Shown here piece by piece: positions 8,701 to 17,203 of a DNA stretch of 64,000 nucleotides; within the stretch, counting starts at the first letter, position 1; each line of letters opens with the position of its first letter. The stretch lies in the NCBI GenBank assembly GCA_965370415.1, contig CBDUTJ010000002.1:40477-104476 (forward strand), given 5' to 3'. The stretch is from an uncultured bacterium. Lineage in GTDB: Bacteria; Cloacimonadota; Cloacimonadia; Cloacimonadales; TCS61. Position numbers and translations under genes: made by a program. The notes below the pieces were generated by a model. That model had not been told where the DNA came from. It made no database searches and worked only from the letters and a program-made list of their open reading frames with translations.

Positions 8701-9553
8701 TTTTTATTTAAAAAAAGCACAATATAGTAACGCAATGACGTATTTCCAAAGAAATTATGAAATTGTTAAAAAGGGAAAAAATAAAACTTTGATCCAGGCT
8801 GCTATTCATAACATTGGAATTGTGCATTCTCGTCTTGGAGATAGGAAAAAAGCAATGGAATTTTATCAAAAGGCTCTCAATATCGCAGAGGAAATCGGAA
8901 GTAAATATGCTGCCAGTAAATTGCTGTCAGATATTGCAATGGTACATACTTCAGAAGGAAATGTAGAGAAAGCTATCGACCATTATAAAAAGGGATTAGA
9001 TCTTGCCAGAACTATTGGGAATAAAACTCAGGAGGGTTTGATTTTATATAATCTTGGAGATGCCTATTACCGTTTGGAAAAATTTACACAAGCACTTGAT
9101 TATCTTTATTGTTCAAAAAATATGTGTGAAAAAATACAGGACCTGGTTGGGATTACTTTTGCGAATGATATAATTGGAGATATTCTTTTTAGAATGAATA
9201 AGTTTAAAAAAGCAAAGGAAATGTACACTAATAATCTGAAACTTCAAAAAAAACTGAATGACATTGAGGGTATTGCGCATACTTACGGAAACCTGGGTAA
9301 TTGTGCAAAAGCTGCCAAACAATTTAATGAAGCAGAAAAATATTTTGTAGAACAACAGAAAACCTTAGCTGAAGTTGGTGATAAAGAAGGAGAAGGAAAA
9401 GCTTTCTTCAATTGGGCAATGCTGGAAATAGAAAGAAAAAATCCTGCTGAAGCAAAACAAAAGTTAAGAAAGGCATTAGCATTGTTTGAAGCCTCTTCGT
9501 TCCAGATTGGAATAAATTTAGCAAAAGGACAAATAGAGTTATTGAAGAAATAA
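5735..9553 (+). CDS. Tandem class III nucleotidyl cyclase domains + P-loop STAND/AAA NTPase + TPR repeat protein
   Basis: CHD 1 has FIDISGFT and AGDAF; CHD 2 has CFISFEE and DKGG..LFGAP plus YTSLGMSVNLASRL. A P-loop GAAGIGKS follows, with many TPR-like repeats at the C-terminus. ATG 5735 (MKNLVPVLILENF) is preferred over the track TTG at 5684. Confidence 0.8.
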   Translation: MKNLVPVLILENFQKKKLHGSLSAVTMFIDISGFTAMTQSLMKNDKEGAEILTEIINKIFTPSIDKIYQNNGFVSTFAGDAFTSIFPIDRSSPDNAVFSAIEIQNIFKKIGKQNTKFGTYNLKVKIGLSIGKVEWRIVTSNEKNSYFFRGKVIDNAARSESRCKAGEIIIDNSLKKATGFPVLKKSANFFLVNPFPKKIHTQIKKQSETNYDLNPFISKSILTLSSKGEFRSVISCFISFEEKEEFHKGLAEIISLAEDYGGYFNKIDFSDKGGVVLVLFGAPITKEQMEIRACSFTLSVMEIENFICRIGLSYGVAFAGFVGSKKREEYTSLGMSVNLASRLMMKARWKEIFIDSFIFEKVKENFDVSFIGNFKLKGFTQKISTYKLNKKIKLVKTAGFEGKLFGRETELKKIKSLINKINTNKLSGIIYNEGAAGIGKSRLIHEIKQSYPSNEYHWIYMPCDAILRKSFNPVKSFLSNFFIQSEQNTPEINKINFEEKISTLSFLTQDKKIQKELNRTKSFLGALISLFWEDSLYSQLDPKSRYLNTLYALTNLVKLLSLKKHVIIEFEDANWIDNDTLSFMEILTPNIENFPIVIIASCRFNDDESSFSLNLQDVKESRITLRPLDKNPAKLLIEESLNKDALIPQEIPDITFNMVWKKSQGNPFFIEQIILYLKEKNILADDLSITGKDFEIPANINSIIVARIDKLNPELKDFTKTASVLGNNFTKKILSSMLKNVEIDKYIKDGEKENIWFSENKINHVFKNVFIRESIYELILKKDLRNFHKLAAKSIENIYKSGIENYYADLAYNYDKAEIFKKAIYYLEKAGDHEKNLYHNLVAIEYYERLINIINSQKDINNKLKFKIILNKIELLLLVGDTEPAKVEIGKLNPESIKKIEQRDRYFYLSARRFMVMENFIELKKYIQQIIKKLKTDYYKYFVEIYLLEALRYLNEAEEFESRAYKLLNILKSKNELFFEGRLSNTMGIFYLKKAQYSNAMTYFQRNYEIVKKGKNKTLIQAAIHNIGIVHSRLGDRKKAMEFYQKALNIAEEIGSKYAASKLLSDIAMVHTSEGNVEKAIDHYKKGLDLARTIGNKTQEGLILYNLGDAYYRLEKFTQALDYLYCSKNMCEKIQDLVGITFANDIIGDILFRMNKFKKAKEMYTNNLKLQKKLNDIEGIAHTYGNLGNCAKAAKQFNEAEKYFVEQQKTLAEVGDKEGEGKAFFNWAMLEIERKNPAEAKQKLRKALALFEASSFQIGINLAKGQIELLKK

Positions 9554-9636
9554 AAAATAAATTTCAAGTATCTTTCATAACTTAAGTGAAAATTACATGA
9601 AAAATTAATTCACTGCAGTTATTTGAATGCTACTTA

Positions 9637-9669
9637 ATAAAAAACAAAGCCCCGCTTTGCAGGGCTTTG
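9637..9669 (-). terminator. Rho-independent terminator for the S8 protease gene
   Basis: Stem CAAAGCCC / GGGCTTTG (9645-9669). On the minus strand it is followed by a T-run, seen as an A-run at 9637-9644 on the plus strand. Confidence 0.75.
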
Positions 9670-9679
9670 TCAACAGTAT

Positions 9680-9716
9680 GAGTCACACCAATATGTTGAT
9701 GTGACTCTATTTTATT
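9680..9716 (+). terminator. Rho-independent terminator for the cyclase-STAND gene
   Basis: Stem GAGTCACA / TGTGACTC (9680-9707), followed by TATTTTATT. Confidence 0.65.
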
Positions 9717-9720
9717 GATT

Positions 9721-12700
9721 TTACCTTCTCCTGAACCTTTGGTTTTTTTTCGTGTTGATATTATCAGAAGCTGTGCAGGTTCTCTCAGCAGTTACCTGAT
9801 AGAAATATTTTATACCCGTAGCAATTTCAGAATAGCTTTCAGTAGAAGATGTAAATATATCTGCTCCAGCAAAATCATACGGATCTGTTGAACGATAGAT
9901 CTTATATTGATCTACTGTGATAGGATATGTCCAGTTTAGTTCTACCTCATTAGTTCCTGCATTATATTGAATTGTCAGATCATCAATTACAGGAAAAGGA
10001 TTCCAGGTAATCGCATCAGGTCCCCAGACGTTGTTCCCTTCCTCTAATTCTGTGATATCTTCATAAGTATCAACCTGAATATAGGAGTTCCATGATTCTA
10101 CAACATCATTGACAACATCAAAATCAACAACTATAAAATCTCCTGCAGGAATTCCAGAAGTTATATATTCAGATTGATCACCAGTTTCAAAAGGAGCTGG
10201 AGGAGAACCAGGATTATGGTAAAGGTCAAGATAGAATCCGGTACCACCCGAAATACTGACATTACCATTGTTATAAACTGTTACTGATGCTGTAATCATA
10301 TCACAAACATAAGGATTCGTATCTGTCCATATAACATTTGTAATATCCAGGTCAGGGTTATAACCATCCCAGTGGATAAGATCGTGAAGATCATATTCGT
10401 AGTCAGGACCAGCGAAGTCACCGGTTGCACTTATCAATGTAATCGTACCCTGATCAATAGTTTTAGCTACGTTAAAATCACTGGATGATGCATCCGGGAA
10501 GTTGGCACCGGTTATTGTCACGTCATCGAAATTATCGATAAGTAAAAGGGTAGCAAAACCCACAAAACCATTTTGGAAAATGGAATAATTAAAGGGGTAT
10601 GTTGGGTCAACAATTCCGCCATCCCAAACAAAGACACCATTTTCTGTCATGTATTCAAATAAACCATATTCCGCACCAATCGTACCTCCCGAGTAAACAT
10701 TAAAGTAGTAATTTCCTGATGTAAGGTGGGTAATGGTGGCTAAGTTGCCAGGAGCACCCAGCACTTCCAGCGTTCCACCGTTGTACACATTTAAACTTTT
10801 TGCAGCACCAATTTCAAGTGTGCTATTGGCTTCCATGTATAATACACCTCCACTATTGACAGTTACGTTACCACTGACGGAGATTGTATTATCATTTGAA
10901 TAAAGAGCTCCGGGATTAATTGTCAGGTCGTTTCCAACAGTTACCGGGCCAAATAAATCCAGATGATCAGCTGAAGACACTTTATCTAATGTAAGGTTAT
11001 AGAATGTTTCTCCCGGGGTAATACTTACATCACCTGTACCGTCAAAAATAACAGTATTTGTAGAAGGCACAAATCCACCGGAGCCTACATTATTTGTCCA
11101 GTTTCCACCAACATAGAGATCATCATTAGTAAAATTACAACTTAGTATTCCACTATTTATGGAAAGGTCATTCTGAACATGGATTTCCTGCATTAAAGCA
11201 GCAAAAATACCAGGGTTACGGTTTATAACTAAATCATAAAAGTAATTGCCGTTCGAACAGTAAACTGCATTATCAGCACCACCACCTATGATCTCTACAA
11301 TACCTCCTGTTGGCTGGAATGTTCCGGTGTAAACTCCATAAAAAGCTCCACCTGTTCTGATGGTGCCTCCACTGATATTTGTGGTCGCAGTAGAAGCGAA
11401 ATAAGTGCTGTTATTGGTTATTTCAAAAAGTCCATCACTTAAGTTGAAAGTACCTTGGAGAAACCTCCATGCCCTATCTCTAGCAGATTCGTCATTTATA
11501 AAGCTACCACCATTTATTGTCAATGTGCCTGTAGTTGCAAGTTCAAATTCTCCATGAACTAGTACATCTCCATCACCCACATCCAGAAGGCCATTCAGAG
11601 TGAAATCGGTATCGATTTCAAAATTACCTCCTCTTGACCTGGAATCCTTCGAGTTCTTTGGATTCTTGGTTATACTAATGTCATTTTGATTTTCTCTATT
11701 TCCATTTGCAGAGAACAGATTTGTGTTTCCTCCATCCACAGGACCATCATAAACATAAACTGTACTGGTTGGATCATCAGTGAAATTACCATGAACAATC
11801 ATTGAATTATTCATAAACTCCATGGTATTACCTGCCTGTAAGTCAAAATTTCCATCAACTTGGATCAGTTGACTTGAGAGAGAATATAATCTAAATGGAT
11901 TTACGGAAATAATATTTATATTTCCGAAAACAGACCCGGCAGCATCAACCTGAATACCTGTAATACCCGGACCACTAAAATTAATGGTGTTCCCGGTTGT
12001 GGCAGTCATCAAACCTCCAACGTCTACCCATAACCAGGAAGAAAGATTCACAACTCCAGCCGTTAAGTTTCCGAATGAACCACTTCGGAAAGCAAGATTG
12101 TCATAAGCTGCATTTCCAACATTCAGAATATCTGCTGGATTGGTCACATTTAGTGTGCCGTAAACATCTACATCATTAGCAACATCAACTGTATATCCAT
12201 TCAGTGTCAGTGCCCCTGAAGTTATATCAAGGTTGTTTGAAACAGAAAAGGAAGAATTCGCAGTTACGGTTGCACCTGTTTTATCGATATTCAAATCATA
12301 AAATGCAGTTGGTCCGATAATGTCTGAAGCAGAACTTCCATCAAATGTGACAGAACCACCGGTGGGAGAAAAGATTTCATTATAATCGCTAAAACTTCCA
12401 GCTAAGAATATCTCTCCTCCGGATACATTTTCTGTTGTTCCTGTATAGAAACGGATATTTTGTTCACTATTTAGTTCACTGCCGGAAATCATAGTTAAGG
12501 AACCACCAGAAGAGAAATATGGTCCATTACCCGTAACATTTACAGTTCCTCCGGAATCGATAATGAGTTCACCATAAACATTGGAATATAATGTGTTTAT
12601 TGTATATGAATTGATATCAAGAAGACCATACAAATTAGTAGAGTAGTTTACCTCCAGATCATAGGAACAGCCAGAAAGAGCAGCATTAGCTCCGGAGTCC

Positions 12701-15700
12701 ACATAAAAATTATAAAAATAACTATCAGGATCATCGATATCAACATTATTATTAACTACATGCCCATCAACATATATGTGTGTCGTTCCACCTGTTCCGT
12801 TGAATTGACTTCCATTGTAAAGATGAATACTCTCAACATAATAATTCCCATCCGTTTGATTGAAAGTGCTGCCTGAATAATGAATTGCACTTCCATGCAT
12901 TCCAGTTAAAGTTCCTAAATGAATTGTTCCGGAAAGATCAACAATCGAACCTGAATATAAATAAAAATCGTCGCTAATTTCCAATATACCGTCAACTGTC
13001 AACTCTCCGTAGTTTAATACATCATCACCAACATTAACGGTATTTCCATTAAGATTAAATGTCCCAGCATCGATCAATAAATCACCGTTAATATCCAATT
13101 CACTGGTTGCATTAACCGTATATGATCGAGTAAGTTCAATCACAGATCCATCTCTGTCCTGGATTATTCTTTTCTTATTTTTCGAATCTACTTCTATCCT
13201 ATCAGTTGCCGCTTTATTTATGTTAACATTATAGAAGTTACTGCCTGCACCCATACTCATAATTGCATCTGTAGAACCATATAGTTCAATTGTTCCACCT
13301 GTTGGATTAAAATCAGTACGAGTTCCTGTGAACCCATAAGCAGTTCTTATCGTTCCACCTGTGATACTTTCTGTAAGTGTATTTGATGAAGATAAACTAA
13401 TTCCGCAAGAGGTAATATCAAGAATACCACCACTCATTTCAATAGATGCATCTTCCTGGTATGGCCATACACAAAAAGAACCTGCAACTGTCATTGTACC
13501 TCCGAAAATATGTAGGTCACCTTTAAGGTCAACATAAGTACCGGTACCGGAGTTAGTAAGATCGATCGTTCCTCCGGAATTTAAATAAAAGCCGCCCTGT
13601 ATTGCATTATCTAAAAGGTCATTAGCTGTAAAACTTCCTGATAAAACATCCACAGCGCCGGCTGTCCAGTCGTAGGCTGCACAAACAACATTTGTTCCAT
13701 CCATAAGTAATGCATCGGATGATTTATCTACTTCAAGCTCGTTAAATGTTTCACTGGAGCAGTATTGATGACCGCTACTTCCATTAAATATAACTCTGCC
13801 TGTACCCTCTACAAATCCTGAAGCTCCAATATAGTTAGTCCAGTTTCCACCTACATAAACCGGGTCAACTCCGGGATTAAAAAATCCCTGATTGATTGTA
13901 ACATTACCCATAGCTGTAAGACCACCATTAGCAATGGTCATTCCTGTTGATGAGCTAAAAACAACGTTATTAAATATGCCGTCATTTGTACTGTATTTAT
14001 TCATGGATTGGGAGTTTCCATCAAAAATTACCGAACCTGTATTGGCGCTTAGTGTAAAGTCAAATGTACCATAGTAGTTAAAATAGCCTCTCATTATAAT
14101 GTCATTGTCTGACCGACTGTTAAAAATACCGTCGGAAGAAATAAAAGTTAAAGCGTTTATGACCAGGTCTTCAGTACAAAGATTACTAACTTGTGCCATA
14201 GCTCCTCCTGATTTGTAAACCCTTAGATTATTAAAACTACAGTTGTCACTGTAACATCTTATCCAACTACTGGAAGATCCTTCAAAATCAACAAATCCAA
14301 GCGTTGGGTTGACATTAGCTCCACTATTAAAATTCCAGTCTCCATATACGTTAATATAAGAACTATAAGCTGTAACATTAAGGGATGAACCGGAATTCCA
14401 TGCAACATCTCCCATTATATTTATATTGGCATCATCCTGCAACATACCAATCTCTCCAGAGATATACATATCTCCATTTACAACTAGAGTCATGCCATTT
14501 ATACTGAGGGTGGCACCTGAATCAAGATCCAGGTTATCACAAACAGCAGAGCCAGAGCTGATAACCGGTGAATATGGAGTACCAGCAGGAATGGTAACAT
14601 CGACAGTTGAAGTTGGTACAGCTACATCATCCCAGTTTAACGGATTGTTCCAGTCATCACTAATGGTACCTATCCATAATCCTGGCGTTCCTAGTACTCT
14701 AAGTGTGTAATCCTCTGTTTCGCCATAAGAACTTGTACCGCAGGGATTCTGACTGTATGAGTAAACCATACGGACTCTCATAGTAGTATATCCTAAGGTG
14801 GCAGTTGAAGGAATACTGATAGTTGTTGAATATGGTGCCGAGCTAATTCCGAGAATGTAATCTTCACCGGTATCGGTAAAATCGCCATCATGGTTCCAAT
14901 CAACCCATGCATATACATCATCTCCTGTGTAAGCGTTCCCGAGGGTAGCAGTTATGGTATAGTTACTACCTTTTGAAACCTCGGTTACCATGCCGGTATA
15001 GTTTGCATAACCTCCGGGGGCTAGGTCAGAAGTATTATCAATATCACCCATTGTAACATTCTGGATATATTCCCATTCATTAGTTGCTCTTGCATCGCAA
15101 TAAGTTTCTATTGGAGGAGTGGTCAGTCCGGTAACAATCAAGGCATAAGCCTGTTGGCCACCAGATAAGCTGCCATCATGGTCAACGCGTAATGTATAAT
15201 ATCCTGCTGACGGGCTTTGGATATTTACAACTTCAACATTGTCCCGCCAATTCTCAGCTGAATGTGTAGCAGCAGCGGACGGGCTGTAGGGATTTAGTTT
15301 CCAGGCATAATAAGTAGCTGCTGCTTCATCATAAATTTTCAGGTCTAGTTCATTTACAAGCATCGAAGTTGTAGGGTTTAACTGAGGGCTTAATGGTGTG
15401 GCTGCTGGGTCTGTCCAGCACAATGTTACATTAATATCCGTAGTACCATCACAGTAATATGTATAGTCAATTGTTTGTCCGTTTTCCAGGATGCCTTCAA
15501 CAATCAATCCTCCTTCAGTATTATCCATGATTATTAAATCAGCAGCACCGGTTGCATTTAATAAACCCCATCCGAACATATAATCCGGGCCATCTGCGGG
15601 ACCTGCTTCATTGGCAGTGTTAATTACCAGTCCTTTAATGGCTGCCGCACTCATTGTTCCTCCCCTTAGATCTTCATAATAATCTTGTAAAACTGCCAAA

Positions 15701-16866
15701 GTTCCTGTAACATTTGGGGCTGACATTGAGGTGCCTGGAAGAGTCATATAAGATGAATTGCCGGAATTACTGCAGGAATAAAGATTCCATCCATTTGCAA
15801 CGATATCCGGTTTAATACGTCCATCATCCGTTGGACCCCAACTACTGAAACTGGTCATAACGACATCTGATGGAGAAGTCCACCCTCCTGTAATATCATT
15901 TACCGCACCAACTGTAAGTATATTTTTAGCAACACCTTGTTGTCCAATACAGTCATAACCATCGGTTCCACCATCAGGATCTCGTGATGCTGTGCTCCAA
16001 ACCCATGAGGTTCCATTCCAGACTAAATGATTTCCGGAATAATCATCATTACGATCATTTCCTGATGACTTTACTATTAGATAATGAGGTGCATTATTTG
16101 CAATCTGATCCCAGTCTTCTGAAGATCCATCATAAAATCCAAAAAGATAATCTTCAGTTGTACTAATAGATATATTACCATACCAATACCAATAACCATT
16201 ACTGCTATTGTAAACCCATCCCCGACTCCATCCATATGAGTGGTTTGATAAAGTTAATCCGTTAGCTGCTGCCGTTGACATCTCAGTTTCAGCATCTGTC
16301 CATTCATATGCATTTAGAAGCGCTTCTGGTGCCATACCATGAGCATTAGGTGACTGTCCTTCAGCGATGATTGTACCTGCAACATGGGTGGAGTGATAAT
16401 GTGTAGACCCTGGAGAATCCATTTGGGTTACACGAGTACCTCCTCCATTATCAAATTCCTGGTGAGTAGTTAAAACACCACCGCCATCCCACTCGCCTAT
16501 TAAATAGCCATCCCCTGAAAGATTCAATCCTGAAGAACCACCAACCCATAGGTCATCGGTATTGGTTGTGCGTGCTGCATTCAGGTTAGTGGTTTGATAA
16601 TATTGCGGCATACCGTAGATGTCAATGTATTGAATTTCTCTAACCCCCTGATCAGTTTCTTCCCTGATCATCCAGCCTTTTTCTTTTGCCACTCGTTCAA
16701 CTTCAGCTCTTTTAATTAGAAATTTATGATGAAATTCATCAGCTAGTTTTAACAGTTTTTCTTTATTTACATTTGTTTCTTGGTCCTGGCCTCGGTTTTG
16801 TGCATTTACTATTGTGATCATACTTATAAATAATAATACAATAAATATAAAAATTACTTTTTTCAT
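9721..16866 (-). CDS. Giant secreted S8 subtilisin-like peptidase with GEVED-like, long beta-helical/adhesin, CARDB-like and FN3-like domains
   Basis: AGGAGG before the ATG and a signal peptide. S8 triad contexts are present: EWDGGGV (Asp), HSTHVAGTI (His) and GTSMSAPNVTGT (Ser). YGETEDYTLRV is GEVED-like. About 1400 aa of G/N/T/S-rich repeats follow. The C-terminus reads YKIYRSTDPY..KYFYQVTA plus a basic tail. Confidence 0.9.
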   Translation of the reverse strand: MKKVIFIFIVLLFISMITIVNAQNRGQDQETNVNKEKLLKLADEFHHKFLIKRAEVERVAKEKGWMIREETDQGVREIQYIDIYGMPQYYQTTNLNAARTTNTDDLWVGGSSGLNLSGDGYLIGEWDGGGVLTTHQEFDNGGGTRVTQMDSPGSTHYHSTHVAGTIIAEGQSPNAHGMAPEALLNAYEWTDAETEMSTAAANGLTLSNHSYGWSRGWVYNSSNGYWYWYGNISISTTEDYLFGFYDGSSEDWDQIANNAPHYLIVKSSGNDRNDDYSGNHLVWNGTSWVWSTASRDPDGGTDGYDCIGQQGVAKNILTVGAVNDITGGWTSPSDVVMTSFSSWGPTDDGRIKPDIVANGWNLYSCSNSGNSSYMTLPGTSMSAPNVTGTLAVLQDYYEDLRGGTMSAAAIKGLVINTANEAGPADGPDYMFGWGLLNATGAADLIIMDNTEGGLIVEGILENGQTIDYTYYCDGTTDINVTLCWTDPAATPLSPQLNPTTSMLVNELDLKIYDEAAATYYAWKLNPYSPSAAATHSAENWRDNVEVVNIQSPSAGYYTLRVDHDGSLSGGQQAYALIVTGLTTPPIETYCDARATNEWEYIQNVTMGDIDNTSDLAPGGYANYTGMVTEVSKGSNYTITATLGNAYTGDDVYAWVDWNHDGDFTDTGEDYILGISSAPYSTTISIPSTATLGYTTMRVRMVYSYSQNPCGTSSYGETEDYTLRVLGTPGLWIGTISDDWNNPLNWDDVAVPTSTVDVTIPAGTPYSPVISSGSAVCDNLDLDSGATLSINGMTLVVNGDMYISGEIGMLQDDANINIMGDVAWNSGSSLNVTAYSSYINVYGDWNFNSGANVNPTLGFVDFEGSSSSWIRCYSDNCSFNNLRVYKSGGAMAQVSNLCTEDLVINALTFISSDGIFNSRSDNDIIMRGYFNYYGTFDFTLSANTGSVIFDGNSQSMNKYSTNDGIFNNVVFSSSTGMTIANGGLTAMGNVTINQGFFNPGVDPVYVGGNWTNYIGASGFVEGTGRVIFNGSSGHQYCSSETFNELEVDKSSDALLMDGTNVVCAAYDWTAGAVDVLSGSFTANDLLDNAIQGGFYLNSGGTIDLTNSGTGTYVDLKGDLHIFGGTMTVAGSFCVWPYQEDASIEMSGGILDITSCGISLSSSNTLTESITGGTIRTAYGFTGTRTDFNPTGGTIELYGSTDAIMSMGAGSNFYNVNINKAATDRIEVDSKNKKRIIQDRDGSVIELTRSYTVNATSELDINGDLLIDAGTFNLNGNTVNVGDDVLNYGELTVDGILEISDDFYLYSGSIVDLSGTIHLGTLTGMHGSAIHYSGSTFNQTDGNYYVESIHLYNGSQFNGTGGTTHIYVDGHVVNNNVDIDDPDSYFYNFYVDSGANAALSGCSYDLEVNYSTNLYGLLDINSYTINTLYSNVYGELIIDSGGTVNVTGNGPYFSSGGSLTMISGSELNSEQNIRFYTGTTENVSGGEIFLAGSFSDYNEIFSPTGGSVTFDGSSASDIIGPTAFYDLNIDKTGATVTANSSFSVSNNLDITSGALTLNGYTVDVANDVDVYGTLNVTNPADILNVGNAAYDNLAFRSGSFGNLTAGVVNLSSWLWVDVGGLMTATTGNTINFSGPGITGIQVDAAGSVFGNINIISVNPFRLYSLSSQLIQVDGNFDLQAGNTMEFMNNSMIVHGNFTDDPTSTVYVYDGPVDGGNTNLFSANGNRENQNDISITKNPKNSKDSRSRGGNFEIDTDFTLNGLLDVGDGDVLVHGEFELATTGTLTINGGSFINDESARDRAWRFLQGTFNLSDGLFEITNNSTYFASTATTNISGGTIRTGGAFYGVYTGTFQPTGGIVEIIGGGADNAVYCSNGNYFYDLVINRNPGIFAALMQEIHVQNDLSINSGILSCNFTNDDLYVGGNWTNNVGSGGFVPSTNTVIFDGTGDVSITPGETFYNLTLDKVSSADHLDLFGPVTVGNDLTINPGALYSNDNTISVSGNVTVNSGGVLYMEANSTLEIGAAKSLNVYNGGTLEVLGAPGNLATITHLTSGNYYFNVYSGGTIGAEYGLFEYMTENGVFVWDGGIVDPTYPFNYSIFQNGFVGFATLLLIDNFDDVTITGANFPDASSSDFNVAKTIDQGTITLISATGDFAGPDYEYDLHDLIHWDGYNPDLDITNVIWTDTNPYVCDMITASVTVYNNGNVSISGGTGFYLDLYHNPGSPPAPFETGDQSEYITSGIPAGDFIVVDFDVVNDVVESWNSYIQVDTYEDITELEEGNNVWGPDAITWNPFPVIDDLTIQYNAGTNEVELNWTYPITVDQYKIYRSTDPYDFAGADIFTSSTESYSEIATGIKYFYQVTAERTCTASDNINTKKNQRFRRR

Positions 16867-16977
16867 AAGATCCTCCTAATTAAATCTTTTTACATAAACA
16901 ATTTCTTTGGTATTTTTCCATTAAAAATTCACATCCAACCTAAGATTTTTCAGTTTTCATAATAGTTATCATATTTT

Positions 16978-17050
16978 TTAGTTTTTCCACATTTAATTTT
17001 CCTGGTTCTACATGCTTTTCATAACCATACTTTCGAAAGTTTATTGTCAA
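16978..17050 (-). promoter_or_regulatory. Diverged partial copy of the same leader upstream of the S8 protease gene
   Basis: The minus strand reads TTGACAATAAACTTTCGAAAGT (TTGACA is the reverse complement of 17045-17050). It continues CCAGGAAAATTAAATGTGGAAAAACTAA, with mini-ORF ATG TGG AAA AAC TAA at 16992..16978. Confidence 0.4.
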
Positions 17051-17203
17051 TTGACTCTGCATTTCGACATTAAAAACAACTACCATCATTTCTTCCAAAG
17101 AACAATTTGTACAAAATTATTAAATAATGTCAAATTAATTTTTTTTTGATGATCCATACATCGGTTTTGTAGAAGATACATCCGGTTCATTCGCCGAACA
17201 TAC

